Shown here one piece after another: positions 6,821-16,848 of a DNA stretch of 59,565 bases (its first letter is position 1; every line of letters starts with the position of its first letter). The stretch comes from Deltaproteobacteria bacterium (GTDB lineage Bacteria > Desulfobacterota > GWC2-55-46 > JADFVP01). Where the stretch lies: assembly GCA_024275045.1 (NCBI GenBank), contig JAJRZX010000073.1, positions 1 to 59,565 of the forward strand. The letters are read 5' to 3'. The position numbers and the translations under genes were made by a program. Below the pieces are notes generated by a model. The model did not search any database, had not been told where the DNA came from, and worked only from the letters and a program-made list of their open reading frames with translations.

Positions 6821-8129
6821 TTCTGTTTTCCTCCTTTATTAGTGTAATTGCGGTATAAAAGACAAAGAGTATGCCTCCGATAACGGCAAGCAGGGTTCCG
6901 ATGCCCATGACGGTTAGGGCAGTCAGCACCACAGGGTCTGATGTGAATGATACCCCGTAGGTCTTACGCGGGGCACCGAGGAGCCCTGATACGAATAATC
7001 CCAGTATAAAAAATACCATACCAAGGCCGTAAATAACAGGCTGAACACGGGCTATTCTCTCGGCGAAGATGCGTGCCTTGTTCTCTTTTATCATATAGTA
7101 GGAGAGCCCCATGAGGGCCAGTGTGAGGCTTGTTACGGCGCCGTGATAGTGTGCCGGTACGCGCAGATCATTACCAAAACCGCTGTAGGCTATGGCCATG
7201 CCAAGGGTGTAAATGGTTACGGAGAGGATAAGCGAGATGTTGGCAACGCCAAGAGGGTTTTTATCCGCTACTGTGCTCCTTTTGCTGCTCCCAAGGTTCA
7301 GTAGTATATGTATTATGTGGATGAATATGGGTAAACCAAGGCCAATGCCGTAGATGGTCTCTGCGGCAATCTTGGCGCCGCGTGTAAGCGGGTCGGTTAC
7401 AAATGGTATGAAAAAGAGCAATAGCGCGGAGAGGGGGAAGGCCAGGGTTACGTACCGTAAAAAAGGCCACCCCGCGGGGCTGCTGCCGCTGATGCGTTCA
7501 CGGAGCGCGTAGAGCACGGCCACAAAGAGCGCGCCGCTCATTACCTGCTGAATGTGACCCGGTATCCAGAATAAACGCTCGTAGTACAGGATAGGTACTG
7601 TATTACGGTCCTGCATGAAGATAGAGGCGGCCATGGAGAGCACCATTATAAGGGCGATGATTACGGAAGAGGCGATGGCACCTTTTTGGAGGTCTCTTGA
7701 TAAGATGTTACTCAGCGCGCCGCGTAGATAAGCCAATATGTTCAGCGTGAAGGCGATATAAAAGAGGGTTAGCCCAACGAGAAAGAGCGGTGTATCAATA
7801 GTTGGCACGTAGTTGTTGATGACGGCTTTGCCGTCTCCAAGGAGTACGGCAAGTATTATTAGCAAGGCCCCGAATAGGGCCAGTGGGCGTGTAAAGTTCA
7901 GCTCCGCGCCCTTAAAGGTCTTGCTCCAGAGCACCACGGCAAAGGAGAGCAGCCAGAGCAGTATGGCAAGTACCACGTGCGCCACGAGCGTGCGGTGCAG
8001 GGCATCAGCGGGAAAGTATTTATAACCAAAGGGCGTGCGGCTCATGCCCACCATAAAGGCAAAGCCTCCGCCTATGCCAAGAAATAGTACCGCCAGGACA
8101 AACCACTTGTAGGTATATCTTTTCTCCAT
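6813..8129 (-). CDS. Divergent haem-copper oxidase subunit-I-like integral membrane protein, function unknown
   Basis: 438 aa, roughly 12 TM. HCO-like motifs are LHRTLVAHVVL (helix II-like His), RLFWIPGHIQQV (compare LFWFYSHPAVY in CoxI), IFIHIIHIL and VPAHYHGAV (compare VVAHFHYV). Confidence 0.55.
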   Translation of the reverse strand: MEKRYTYKWFVLAVLFLGIGGGFAFMVGMSRTPFGYKYFPADALHRTLVAHVVLAILLWLLSFAVVLWSKTFKGAELNFTRPLALFGALLIILAVLLGDGKAVINNYVPTIDTPLFLVGLTLFYIAFTLNILAYLRGALSNILSRDLQKGAIASSVIIALIMVLSMAASIFMQDRNTVPILYYERLFWIPGHIQQVMSGALFVAVLYALRERISGSSPAGWPFLRYVTLAFPLSALLLFFIPFVTDPLTRGAKIAAETIYGIGLGLPIFIHIIHILLNLGSSKRSTVADKNPLGVANISLILSVTIYTLGMAIAYSGFGNDLRVPAHYHGAVTSLTLALMGLSYYMIKENKARIFAERIARVQPVIYGLGMVFFILGLFVSGLLGAPRKTYGVSFTSDPVVLTALTVMGIGTLLAVIGGILFVFYTAITLIKEENRSV

Positions 8130-8132
8130 GAG

Positions 8133-9023
8133 TCAGGTTACATCCAGTATCATGGCGGTGAAGAGAAGGGTAAGATAAAGTATGGAGAAAAAGAAGAGAA
8201 ACATATCGTACTGACGCGTAGAGCGCAGAAACTTTACGGCAAGTACAAGGTAGAGTAAACCAAGTCCTATGGCCGCGGCAAGGTAGAACGTACCTGTTAT
8301 GCCGGCGAAAAAGAGCAGCGTGGTAGCAGGGATTAATACGACGGTGTAGAGGAAAATCCGTACCTTTGTGGCATGCACCCCTTTTGCAACGGGTATCACG
8401 GGTATAGAGGCACGGGCGTACTGGTCTCTGTATTTAAGTGCAAGGCTGAGTGCGTGTGGCTGCTGCCAGAGGGCCACTATGGCAAATAGTATAAGGGCCG
8501 TGCCGTTGATTCCGCCTGTAATTGCCGTATAACCTATTAAAGGAGGCAGAGCACCGGCAAGCCCGCCTATCTGGTTGGCAAAGGGACTTCTGCGTTTAAG
8601 GATAATACCGTATAAAAAAACGTAACCGCAGGCCGCCATGGCCGTAAGCAGGGCCGTGACGTGGTTTACCTCCAGGGCAAGGACTGTGATTGAGAGTACA
8701 ATAAGTCCAAGCCCTGTTAAGAGGGCCTTGTTGGGTGATACCTTTCCAAGGGCAAGGGCCCGCATGGAGGTGCGTTCCATGAGTCGGTCAATGTCTCTAT
8801 CAAAGTAATTATTAAGGAGAGCCGCCCCGGCCGTAGCCGTACCAAGCCCGCCAAGTGTCCATAAGATGAGAGTGAGGTTATACCCTCCGCCTTGTCCGCC
8901 AAGGTAGATGCCCGTTAACGCGGCTACGAGAACAAGGCCGATAATGCCCGGCTTTACAAGGGTTACGTACTCACCGGCGGTGGTGCGTAACGGCAGTATA
9001 ACCTCTACGGCGTGCTGATTCAT
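8133..9023 (-). CDS. ctaB: Protohaem IX farnesyltransferase (haem O synthase)
   Basis: 296 aa. UbiA-type motif NNYFDRDIDRLMERT. There is a 4-nt overlap with ctaA. Confidence 0.85.
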   Translation of the reverse strand: MNQHAVEVILPLRTTAGEYVTLVKPGIIGLVLVAALTGIYLGGQGGGYNLTLILWTLGGLGTATAGAALLNNYFDRDIDRLMERTSMRALALGKVSPNKALLTGLGLIVLSITVLALEVNHVTALLTAMAACGYVFLYGIILKRRSPFANQIGGLAGALPPLIGYTAITGGINGTALILFAIVALWQQPHALSLALKYRDQYARASIPVIPVAKGVHATKVRIFLYTVVLIPATTLLFFAGITGTFYLAAAIGLGLLYLVLAVKFLRSTRQYDMFLFFFSILYLTLLFTAMILDVT

Positions 9024-9940
9024 GAGGTTATGACCCTCCTTTTTGTGCTCTCAGAGAGGAAAAAGGGCATTGCCTGATAGGCAAGCCAGCCAAGAAAGAG
9101 AAAACCCGTGGCAGCGTGGAGGATAATCACAGGCAGGAACATGCCCGTGGCTACGATGAGTATGCCGAAGGTGGCCTGGGCCAGCACGAGTATGAAGGTT
9201 ACAAGAGAGGCCATTGTATCTTTTTTGCCTGATATGGCGGTGTAGAGTTTTATGGCTGAGATTATAAATATGGTAAGGGCCGTGACTCTGTGAAAGAAGT
9301 GCAAGACCACGGAGTAGTCCGTAAATGCGGGAATTATGCTGCCCCTACAGAGCGGCAGGTCAGGGCAGGCCAGCGTGGCCCCTGAGTACCGCACAAGTAT
9401 ACCGAGAACCACCTGGATGTATACAAGACAGAATAGGAAAAAGAAAAAGTTTGACCCCTCGGGCCTGCCTCTGCGCCTGACGTAATGCAGTGAGAAAGTG
9501 AGGCACGTAAGCACCAGCGTGGAGATAATCAGGTGTGATGAGATAATGGCCACATTAAGAAAGCTGTCAAGGCGCGGAGCCTCTACAAGCACGGTAAGGC
9601 CGCCAAGGCCCACACCTGTAAATAAGAGCAGAACTATGGCAGAGGTGAATACCCGTGGCAGCCCTCTGTAGCTTCGCCAGACAAAGACGGTTGAGAGGAT
9701 TATCAGTGTGCCTGCCGTAGCGCCAAGGAGCCTGTGCCCCCACTCAAACCAGATACTGAGGCGCATGGGCGGGGCCACTGTGCCGTAACAGAGAGGCCAG
9801 TCCGGGCAGGCAAGTCCGGAGCCCGTGGATGTTACAAATGCGCCCATTACCATGAGCAGATAGGTGAAAAAAACTGTTGCGCCAAGGAGCAGGGGGAGGC
9901 GGGAGGAATACCGGTCTCTTCCCATGTAAGATGTGTCCAT
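9020..9940 (-). CDS. ctaA: Haem A synthase (COX15/CtaA)
   Basis: 306 aa with paired motifs CPDWPLCYG and CPDLPLCRG and conserved His in the TM helices. Confidence 0.85.
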   Translation of the reverse strand: MDTSYMGRDRYSSRLPLLLGATVFFTYLLMVMGAFVTSTGSGLACPDWPLCYGTVAPPMRLSIWFEWGHRLLGATAGTLIILSTVFVWRSYRGLPRVFTSAIVLLLFTGVGLGGLTVLVEAPRLDSFLNVAIISSHLIISTLVLTCLTFSLHYVRRRGRPEGSNFFFFLFCLVYIQVVLGILVRYSGATLACPDLPLCRGSIIPAFTDYSVVLHFFHRVTALTIFIISAIKLYTAISGKKDTMASLVTFILVLAQATFGILIVATGMFLPVIILHAATGFLFLGWLAYQAMPFFLSESTKRRVITS

Positions 9941-10085
9941 AAAAACAACTCCTCCTTTTTCCGCTTTAATCTCTTTTCAGCCGGTGACTTAACCTCGTTA
10001 TCTCATCTTGTGAAGACTTTTTTCTTATGGTTAAGAGCTGAGCCTTCTACTTCCGGCCCACACCGAGAGCCCGCATGGGGCGCTC

Positions 10086-11690
10086 TTAATCGGGGTTAAC
10101 GCCGTAACCGTAGGGGTCCCAGTCTTCGGGCAGGTCAAGGGGCTTACCGCCGAAGTTTCCTGGCCCCGGAGGCGACTCAGTATGCGTCCACTCAAGGGAC
10201 CTTGAACCCCAAGGGTTGGTGGGGGCTTTTTTACCGTAGAAGGCCCCGTGAAGCCACGTTATAAGTATAAGCAGTGCACCCAGTCCGATGACAAAGGCAC
10301 CGTAGGTCTGTATCTTATGAAGATGCTCAAGCTGAGGCATGTGGCTGTAATCAAAGTACCGCCGTGGCATGCCCTTTAGTCCCACGATGAACATGGTGAA
10401 GAATGTAACGTTCACGCCGATGAAGAGGACGAAAAAGGCGAGTTTGGCCAGCGCCTCGTTGTACATCTTGCCCGTCATCTTGGGGAATAGGTAGTAAACG
10501 CCGCCAAAGACCGCGAATGTGCCTGATACGGCAATGACGTAATGAAAGTGCGCTACAACAAAATGCGTATCATGGAGCGCCAGCGTAAGGGCCGCCATTG
10601 CGTGAGGTATACCCGTAAGGCCGCCTACAAGGAAGAGGAATATGAAACCGCAGGCGTAAAGCATGGGGGTCTTGTACTGTATGGCGCCCCTGTACAGGGT
10701 GCCTACGAGCCCTATCATCATGAGCCCCACGGGAACGCTGATAAGGAGTGTGCTTACCATCATGCCAAGGCGTATCCAGTTGGGCATGCCTGATGTGAAG
10801 AGGTGGTGTACCCAGACCTCGCCGCTTAGGACCGTTGTGCCGATGAAACCTCCGAATACAACTACTTTTTTGTTGAAGATACGGTTTTTGGCAAAGGTTG
10901 CCACTATCTCATAGATTATACCCATCATGGGCAGCAGTATGACATAAACGGCAGGGTGTGAGTAGAACCAGAAGAGGTTCTCGTACAAGAGTACGTCTCC
11001 GCCCATGGCAGGGTCGAAGAAGTGCGTTCCCAGATACTTGTCAAGGGTCAGAAGCGTTACCGCAGAGCCAAGCACAGGGACAAAGATAAGCTGCAGTATA
11101 AAAGCGCACATGGTGGCCCAGACAAAGATATTAAGTTTTGCCCAGGTAACGCCCGGGGCGCGCATGTAGATGATGGTGGCGATGAGGTTGATACCGCCCA
11201 CAATGGATGAGAAACCCATAATCAGAACCGTAAAGGTATAAAAGGATGTATTACCTCCGGACATGATGGAGTACGGCGGATAGGCCGTCCACATGAAGTC
11301 CGGCGGGTTTGGTACGACAAAGGTGAGCAGCGCTACGATGATGCCCATCCAGAAGAGCCAGAGGCTGAGGGCGTTCACGCGGGGAAAGGCAACGTCCTTG
11401 GCGCCTATCATGAGCGGTACGAGATAGTTTGCCAGAAAGCCCGTCAGGGCCGGTATCTGAAAGCCCAGTATCATGGCGGCCCCGTGAAAGTAGAGCCAGA
11501 CGTTATATGTCTGAGGGTTTGTAATGGTTGGCCCTATGCTTGAGAGCTCCACCCTTATGAGCACGGCCATGAGACCGGCCACGGCAAATGCCGCCAGAGA
11601 CCCTATGAGGTATAGAATGCCAACCCTCTTATGGTCGGTGGTAAATATCCACTGACTTAAATTTTTTCCGAAACTAACAGACTGACTCAT
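10086..11690 (-). CDS. ctaD: Cytochrome c oxidase subunit I, A2-type
   Basis: 534 aa. Motifs: FWFYSHPAVY (YS motif with no Glu in HPxVY, so A2 subtype), VHHLF and AHFHYV. Confidence 0.95.
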   Translation of the reverse strand: MSQSVSFGKNLSQWIFTTDHKRVGILYLIGSLAAFAVAGLMAVLIRVELSSIGPTITNPQTYNVWLYFHGAAMILGFQIPALTGFLANYLVPLMIGAKDVAFPRVNALSLWLFWMGIIVALLTFVVPNPPDFMWTAYPPYSIMSGGNTSFYTFTVLIMGFSSIVGGINLIATIIYMRAPGVTWAKLNIFVWATMCAFILQLIFVPVLGSAVTLLTLDKYLGTHFFDPAMGGDVLLYENLFWFYSHPAVYVILLPMMGIIYEIVATFAKNRIFNKKVVVFGGFIGTTVLSGEVWVHHLFTSGMPNWIRLGMMVSTLLISVPVGLMMIGLVGTLYRGAIQYKTPMLYACGFIFLFLVGGLTGIPHAMAALTLALHDTHFVVAHFHYVIAVSGTFAVFGGVYYLFPKMTGKMYNEALAKLAFFVLFIGVNVTFFTMFIVGLKGMPRRYFDYSHMPQLEHLHKIQTYGAFVIGLGALLILITWLHGAFYGKKAPTNPWGSRSLEWTHTESPPGPGNFGGKPLDLPEDWDPYGYGVNPD

Positions 11691-11708
11691 AGTTTAGGCA
11701 CCTCGTTG

Positions 11709-12437
11709 TTAGATATTGGCTTTTTCTTTCTCAAGCCAGGTATTAAACTCATCTACAGGCATTATAATCAGTGTGCCTCTCATGTTTGAATGCATTACTC
11801 CGCAGAACTCGGCGCAGGTGATGACATGCTCTCCCACTTCTTTTGGATAGAACCAGAGATAGGTTACGCGGCCGGGCATGGAGTCTTCTTTTACCTTGAA
11901 ATCAGGTAGATAGAAGCTGTGAATCACATCGCGGCTCTTCATCCTCATTACTATTGGTTTGCCCACGGGTACGCGCAGCTCGTTAGTGGCCTGAACACCG
12001 TTTGGATATGTGAAGTTCCAACTCCACATGGCGGACTCAAGTTTTATCTCCATGCTGTTCTCGGGAACATTCCTGTATGTATTGTATAGTGCCCAGGTCT
12101 TTCCCGCGAGATAGAGGTCATCGGCCATGAAGATAGCCGCCGGCAGCAGGGCCCATAACATCATGCCCGCAAAGGTGAGCTTTACCTGTTTGCCTTCCTG
12201 CTGAGGGAACCTTCTTCTGTACCTCCACATGAAGTAGATGGTGATAAGGGCAAATATAACACCCATTACCGTAATGTCCCAGAGCATCTCGTGCCAGAGG
12301 TGGTTCCAGCCCTCAACAGGGTCTGCGATACCGGTCTTCTCATAACCGGATTCATGTTCCGAGCTTGCCAAGACCGGCACGGCAAGTATAAAGAGCGTCA
12401 TTAAGGCCGTTGATGCCGTTCTGATTCTTCTCCTCAT
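11709..12437 (-). CDS. ctaC: Cytochrome c oxidase subunit II (CuA centre, no fused cytochrome c)
   Basis: 242 aa with a signal peptide plus 2 TM. CuA motif H...CAEFCGVMHSNM. Confidence 0.9.
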   Translation of the reverse strand: MRRRIRTASTALMTLFILAVPVLASSEHESGYEKTGIADPVEGWNHLWHEMLWDITVMGVIFALITIYFMWRYRRRFPQQEGKQVKLTFAGMMLWALLPAAIFMADDLYLAGKTWALYNTYRNVPENSMEIKLESAMWSWNFTYPNGVQATNELRVPVGKPIVMRMKSRDVIHSFYLPDFKVKEDSMPGRVTYLWFYPKEVGEHVITCAEFCGVMHSNMRGTLIIMPVDEFNTWLEKEKANI

Positions 12438-12441
12438 CTCC

Positions 12442-13272
12442 TTACCTCCTAACCCGTTTCCTTACAACGATTAATGCTATTATAATAGCTGAGATACCAA
12501 GTGCGAGCGAACCGACCGCGATAAAGAGGGGGTAGTTAATGGAGTATTTACCCTCTTTATAGTTGTAGCTGAAGCAGGCAAGCAGTACCAGGTCCTTTAA
12601 GTCCTCAACTTTTGAGCGGCCGCTCTTGCCAAAGGCGGCCTCGTTTATGGCAAGCTCCACGTCTTTCTCGCCAATTGTGGCCCCGTACAGATACCGCACT
12701 ACGCGGCCGTCGGGGGAGATAAAGATAAAGACATTGGGGTGGAGAAACATCTGGTCTCTAAGGGACCAGAAAAAACGGTACCCAACGCTCTCTGTAAGAG
12801 GTTTTATATCCTCGTCGTTCTCGAATATGGCCGTTCTCCAGCCCTTGTTCATCCATTTGGGGAACTTGAGCTTGGCGTTAAACATCTTCAGCCTCTCAAG
12901 GGTCTCATCTACATCAAAAGAGAGGCTCAGTACGCTGAAGTCCACTCCAAGTTTCTTTTTCTTCATCTTCTGTACTATGGCCCTGAAGTCCCTGTTAACC
13001 GTAGGGCAGACACCGTCACAGCGGTAGTACGAGAGTAGCAGGATAAGCGGCTTGCCCCGAATCATATCACTTAGAACAAAGTGCTCTCCCTGCTCATCAA
13101 TAAGTTTATAATCAGTCTTTATGGGCGCGCCGAGGAACTTATCCTCATCTATCCTCATCAGCTCGGGGTCAATCTCCGACTGAACGGTACGGCTGAATGT
13201 CGCCAGTCCGTCACCCGGTCTTAGAGAGGCCGAGAGCAGCAAAAGTATGATTAACAGGACTCTCTTTCTCAT
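12442..13272 (-). CDS. SCO1/SenC copper chaperone
   Basis: 276 aa. Thioredoxin-like fold motif CDGVCP plus a C-terminal TM anchor. Confidence 0.8.
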   Translation of the reverse strand: MRKRVLLIILLLLSASLRPGDGLATFSRTVQSEIDPELMRIDEDKFLGAPIKTDYKLIDEQGEHFVLSDMIRGKPLILLLSYYRCDGVCPTVNRDFRAIVQKMKKKKLGVDFSVLSLSFDVDETLERLKMFNAKLKFPKWMNKGWRTAIFENDEDIKPLTESVGYRFFWSLRDQMFLHPNVFIFISPDGRVVRYLYGATIGEKDVELAINEAAFGKSGRSKVEDLKDLVLLACFSYNYKEGKYSINYPLFIAVGSLALGISAIIIALIVVRKRVRR

Positions 13273-13342
13273 TATATTTATACCGGTTTACCCTGGTTTT
13301 TTTTATAAAGTGTACTCCTCCCGCGCTTAAGTCTCTTGTACC

Positions 13343-14101
13343 TTAGAGCCAGAAGTAAACCTGTGAGACAACAAAGAACCATACAATATCTACAAAGTGC
13401 CAGTACAGGCTGGCGGTCCTTATAAAGGTAGAGTTTGTTTTTCTCATATGGGCCGGGATAAGTATGCAGACAAATAAGGCGACTCCTATAAAGACATGGG
13501 AGGCGTGCAGGCCCGTTATGGAGTAAAACACAGTGCTGTAAGCGTTAGTCGTTGTGTTAAAGCCCTCGCCGATAAGGTGGGACCACTCTTTCATGGTGAG
13601 GAAGAAGAAGACGGCTCCAAGTATGATGGTAACCCAGAGCCAGCCGAGAAACCCGGTATGGTTGCCGGCCTCGTGGCGCATCTCGGCAAGGTGTATGGTT
13701 ACGCTTGATGAGACCAGTATAACGGTCATGATTACAGGTGTTACCATTGAGATATGAGGCGTGCCCGCAGGTGGCCAGTGAGGGGCCTTAAGCCTTATCA
13801 TCCAGTAGGCGGCAAAGAGCGCCACAAAGATGAATGCCTCGGCCAGTATGAAAAAAGGCATGGCCGGAAAGCTCAGCCCCGCGCCCCAGCCGTGTTTATC
13901 CTCAAGGCCGTCTTTTACCCAGCCTATGACCGAAATAAGGATGAGCACTCCGCCAAGGGCGAGAGAGACCAGGGTTGCCGCGGGTTTCTCGTAAACAAAG
14001 TGAAAGGAGAAAGCCAGCGGGGCGAATAAAAGAATCCCCACGCATACGATTAGCGGCCAGGGACTTGTTTCCCATTCAAGTTCGTGTGAATGCTCACTCA
14101 T
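13343..14101 (-). CDS. ctaE: Cytochrome c oxidase subunit III
   Basis: 252 aa, multi-TM. The C-terminal WHFVDIVWFFV motif is typical of subunit III. Confidence 0.85.
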   Translation of the reverse strand: MSEHSHELEWETSPWPLIVCVGILLFAPLAFSFHFVYEKPAATLVSLALGGVLILISVIGWVKDGLEDKHGWGAGLSFPAMPFFILAEAFIFVALFAAYWMIRLKAPHWPPAGTPHISMVTPVIMTVILVSSSVTIHLAEMRHEAGNHTGFLGWLWVTIILGAVFFFLTMKEWSHLIGEGFNTTTNAYSTVFYSITGLHASHVFIGVALFVCILIPAHMRKTNSTFIRTASLYWHFVDIVWFFVVSQVYFWL

Positions 14102-14481
14102 ACCCTCACTCCTCCTGTAGGCTGTTGGTTTTGTGAAGTTCTTTATGGCACATGTATATGCGAAACCAGAGTAAATCTGTAATGCTTTGCTCTTAGTTCT
14201 GCCTTTTCGTCCCCTAAGCGGTAAAGCAAGGGGTTTTTAAGAGGCGGTTTTTCTGCTCAAGACTTTACAAGTGAGCGGAGTTCTCTCAAAGAGAGGTCAC
14301 AAAAACCGCAAAATCCGCTGATAAGCTTAGGGAAAAAATAAATTCAATGCATTTAAGACAATATTTATCTTATTACTCTCGGTCTGTCAACTATTTTTCT
14401 GTGATTTGTATTATTTTTAAGGGGATTGTGTCTTGGGAGGTGTGTTTTAGGACTTTCTTAAGCGCGCTCTTCTGTACTTAT

Positions 14482-15426
14482 TTATTGCTTATTTGCCTTG
14501 GTCGTTACCTTTGAGGTAAGTTTTTTTGCCTCTGATAATTCCTTTGGGCTCATCCTTGCCTCAAGGCTCTTGAGCGCTTCCTCGGCGTTATCTATCTTGC
14601 CCTTTGCCGCGAGGCTCAGCCACATGTAACCCAGGGGATAATTCTGCTTTACGCCTTTACCGTATGCGTACATGAGCCCCAGGCTGGCACGGGCCTTTGC
14701 GTTGCCGTTAACAGCGGAGCGGTGAAACCAGAGAAAGGCTTTGCCGTAGTCCTGGGTCACGCCGTTACCGTAGGTGTACATTACGCCGAGCTGCAACTCG
14801 GCCTCAGAGTAGCCCTGAGCCGCGGCTTTTTTGTACCACTCAAATGCCTTGCCGTAATCCCTGGGCACTGTCTGACCCTCGTAGTACATGAGCCCCAGAA
14901 TGCTCTGAGCGCCGGGGTCGCCCTGCTTCGCGGCTTTCTCATACCAGTAGAATGCCTCGTGATAATCTCTTTTTACGCCGTGGCCTGCGGCATACATGAG
15001 CCCCAGAATGCTCTGAGCGCCCATGTCGCCGTGTAAGGCCGCCAGATGGTACCACTTAAAGGCCGTTGTATAGTCCCTTAAAACGCCGTGGCCCTTGTAG
15101 TACATGAGGCCAAGGAGGGTCTGGGCCTTTGTATTGCCCTGCTCAGCGGCTTTTTCGGCCCAATTGAAGGCCTTTTTGTAGTCCCTGGTCACGCCGATTC
15201 CCTCGTAATACATCTGCGCCAGATAAGCGCGGGCTCTGGCGTCTCCCATCCTGGCGGAGTTCTCTATCTCCTGTAAATTGGTCTTAAGGGTGGTGCGCCC
15301 CTGGGGAAGGGCCGCGCTCGTACCCTCTTTGCCTTTCCTGGCGCCGTATGTAGGCGGCGTGAGCGCAAGGAACAAGAAAAGTATTATCAGGTGTATGGGG
15401 GCATGGGCCCGTACCAATGCAGGCAT
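14482..15426 (-). CDS. Secreted Sel1-repeat (SLR/TPR-like) protein
   Basis: 314 aa with a signal peptide. It has about 7 repeats of the form GxGVxxDYxKAxxWYxKAAxQG. Confidence 0.85.
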   Translation of the reverse strand: MPALVRAHAPIHLIILFLFLALTPPTYGARKGKEGTSAALPQGRTTLKTNLQEIENSARMGDARARAYLAQMYYEGIGVTRDYKKAFNWAEKAAEQGNTKAQTLLGLMYYKGHGVLRDYTTAFKWYHLAALHGDMGAQSILGLMYAAGHGVKRDYHEAFYWYEKAAKQGDPGAQSILGLMYYEGQTVPRDYGKAFEWYKKAAAQGYSEAELQLGVMYTYGNGVTQDYGKAFLWFHRSAVNGNAKARASLGLMYAYGKGVKQNYPLGYMWLSLAAKGKIDNAEEALKSLEARMSPKELSEAKKLTSKVTTKANKQ

Positions 15427-15428
15427 AT

Positions 15429-15920
15429 TTATTTTTCCTTTAATTCCTTTGACAAAAAGTCCCTTGAGAGTTTTTGCGCTTTTGCCACCTCAGCGGGGGT
15501 CATCTTTGCCTCAAGGCTGTCAAGCTCAGGTATGGAGCGAACGTAACCTCCGGCGCTTGCCAGGTTAAACCACATGTAGCTCAAGATATAATCGCGTCCC
15601 ACGCTCTCACCCCTCATGTACATGAGGCCAAGGTTATACTGCGCCTCTGCTACTCCCTGCTCAGCGGCCTTTTTAAACCACTTGTACGCCTTATCATAGT
15701 CCCGCATGCCCCCTCGGCCTCTGTAATACATGTTGCCGAGCTTTAGCTGCGCTTTTTCGTCATCCATTCTCGCCCTGGCCTTCAGGGACTTTAATGGACT
15801 CGCAAGGGTACTGTCAGTTGTAAGGTTTACTTTAGCCCCGCACTCGTTGCGGGGGGTGATGAGGGTAAGGGTTGCGAAAAAAAGAAATGAGATAGTGGCG
15901 GAGATGATGAAAGACTGCAT
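15429..15920 (-). CDS. Secreted Sel1-repeat protein (short)
   Basis: 163 aa with a signal peptide and 2-3 SLR units. Confidence 0.8.
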   Translation of the reverse strand: MQSFIISATISFLFFATLTLITPRNECGAKVNLTTDSTLASPLKSLKARARMDDEKAQLKLGNMYYRGRGGMRDYDKAYKWFKKAAEQGVAEAQYNLGLMYMRGESVGRDYILSYMWFNLASAGGYVRSIPELDSLEAKMTPAEVAKAQKLSRDFLSKELKEK

Positions 15921-16053
15921 TTTTTATCCCGTGGGGAGTCTGTATCGGGCTGTAGAGTTAGGGGGGGTGACACCCGACTTTATATAATTATAACGCAAAC
16001 CTCTCTGAAGTGTCAAAAGGCTTGAGTGCGGTGCCTGTAGTTTTTTGCTGCAG

Positions 16054-16848
16054 CTACTCTCCTGTTTTGACGAGAAGGCCGCGGTTTTTAACGGCTCTGA
16101 AGTTCCATGAGAAAAATAGCACTGATACTGTGACATAGGCGATATTTAGTATAAAGGCGTAGATTAAATGAGCTGTTGGAAAGGGTGAGTGGCTTATAAC
16201 AGCGCGCATGCCCTCAAAGACATGGGCAGAGGGTATAAAGGCCACGATGTGTTGGAGCCACGAGGGCATAACTTCCACGGGGTAGAATACGGCGGAGAGG
16301 GGCTGAAAGAGCAGTGCCAGACCCCAGGCCAGGACCTCGGCCTGCTGACCGAATCGCAGGATCAGGGCTGTTGTGATTATGCCTATGGACCAGCCCATGA
16401 TAATGAGGTTAAGGGCCAGCGGTATAAGGGCAGGGCCTATGGTGAATACGTTAAAGGCGTATAGAAGGTATGCAAGAAGCACAAGTACAAAAGATGAGAG
16501 CATGAGTTTTATAATGCTCATTACCAGAAGGCTTAGAATATATTCAACGGCGCTTAGCGGACTTATGAAAATATTAAGGAGGTTACGCGACCAGAGGTCT
16601 TCGAGAAAAGATATGGAGATGCCCTGCTGGGAGCGGAAGAGTATGTCCCATAAAATAAGGGCCCCGAGAAAAAAAGTAACGAAGTTAGGCACATTGCCTT
16701 TAAACCTTGTAAGGTAAAGCCCCACAAAACCCCAGAGCGTGAGGTCCAGAATAGGCCAGTACAGTATCTCCATAAGCCGGGGCAGGGACCTTTTATAGAG
16801 ATAAAGGTTACGCAGCGTGTATGTTAATATTCGTCTCGGATTTATCAA
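16054..16848 (-). CDS. ABC-2 type transporter permease
   Basis: 264 aa, 6 TM, downstream of the ABC ATPase. The TTG start is uncertain. Confidence 0.7.
   Translation of the reverse strand: MINPRRILTYTLRNLYLYKRSLPRLMEILYWPILDLTLWGFVGLYLTRFKGNVPNFVTFFLGALILWDILFRSQQGISISFLEDLWSRNLLNIFISPLSAVEYILSLLVMSIIKLMLSSFVLVLLAYLLYAFNVFTIGPALIPLALNLIIMGWSIGIITTALILRFGQQAEVLAWGLALLFQPLSAVFYPVEVMPSWLQHIVAFIPSAHVFEGMRAVISHSPFPTAHLIYAFILNIAYVTVSVLFFSWNFRAVKNRGLLVKTGE

Noticed and set aside
7261-14029. Many 60-130-aa ORFs antisense to or overlapping the cox/cta genes (for example 7261-7470, 9734-10099, 10542-10914, 12626-13038, 13496-14029)
   Set aside because: All are nested in or opposite strongly supported membrane-protein genes. 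Their products are low-complexity or Arg/Pro-rich, as expected from the reverse frames of GC-balanced genes.
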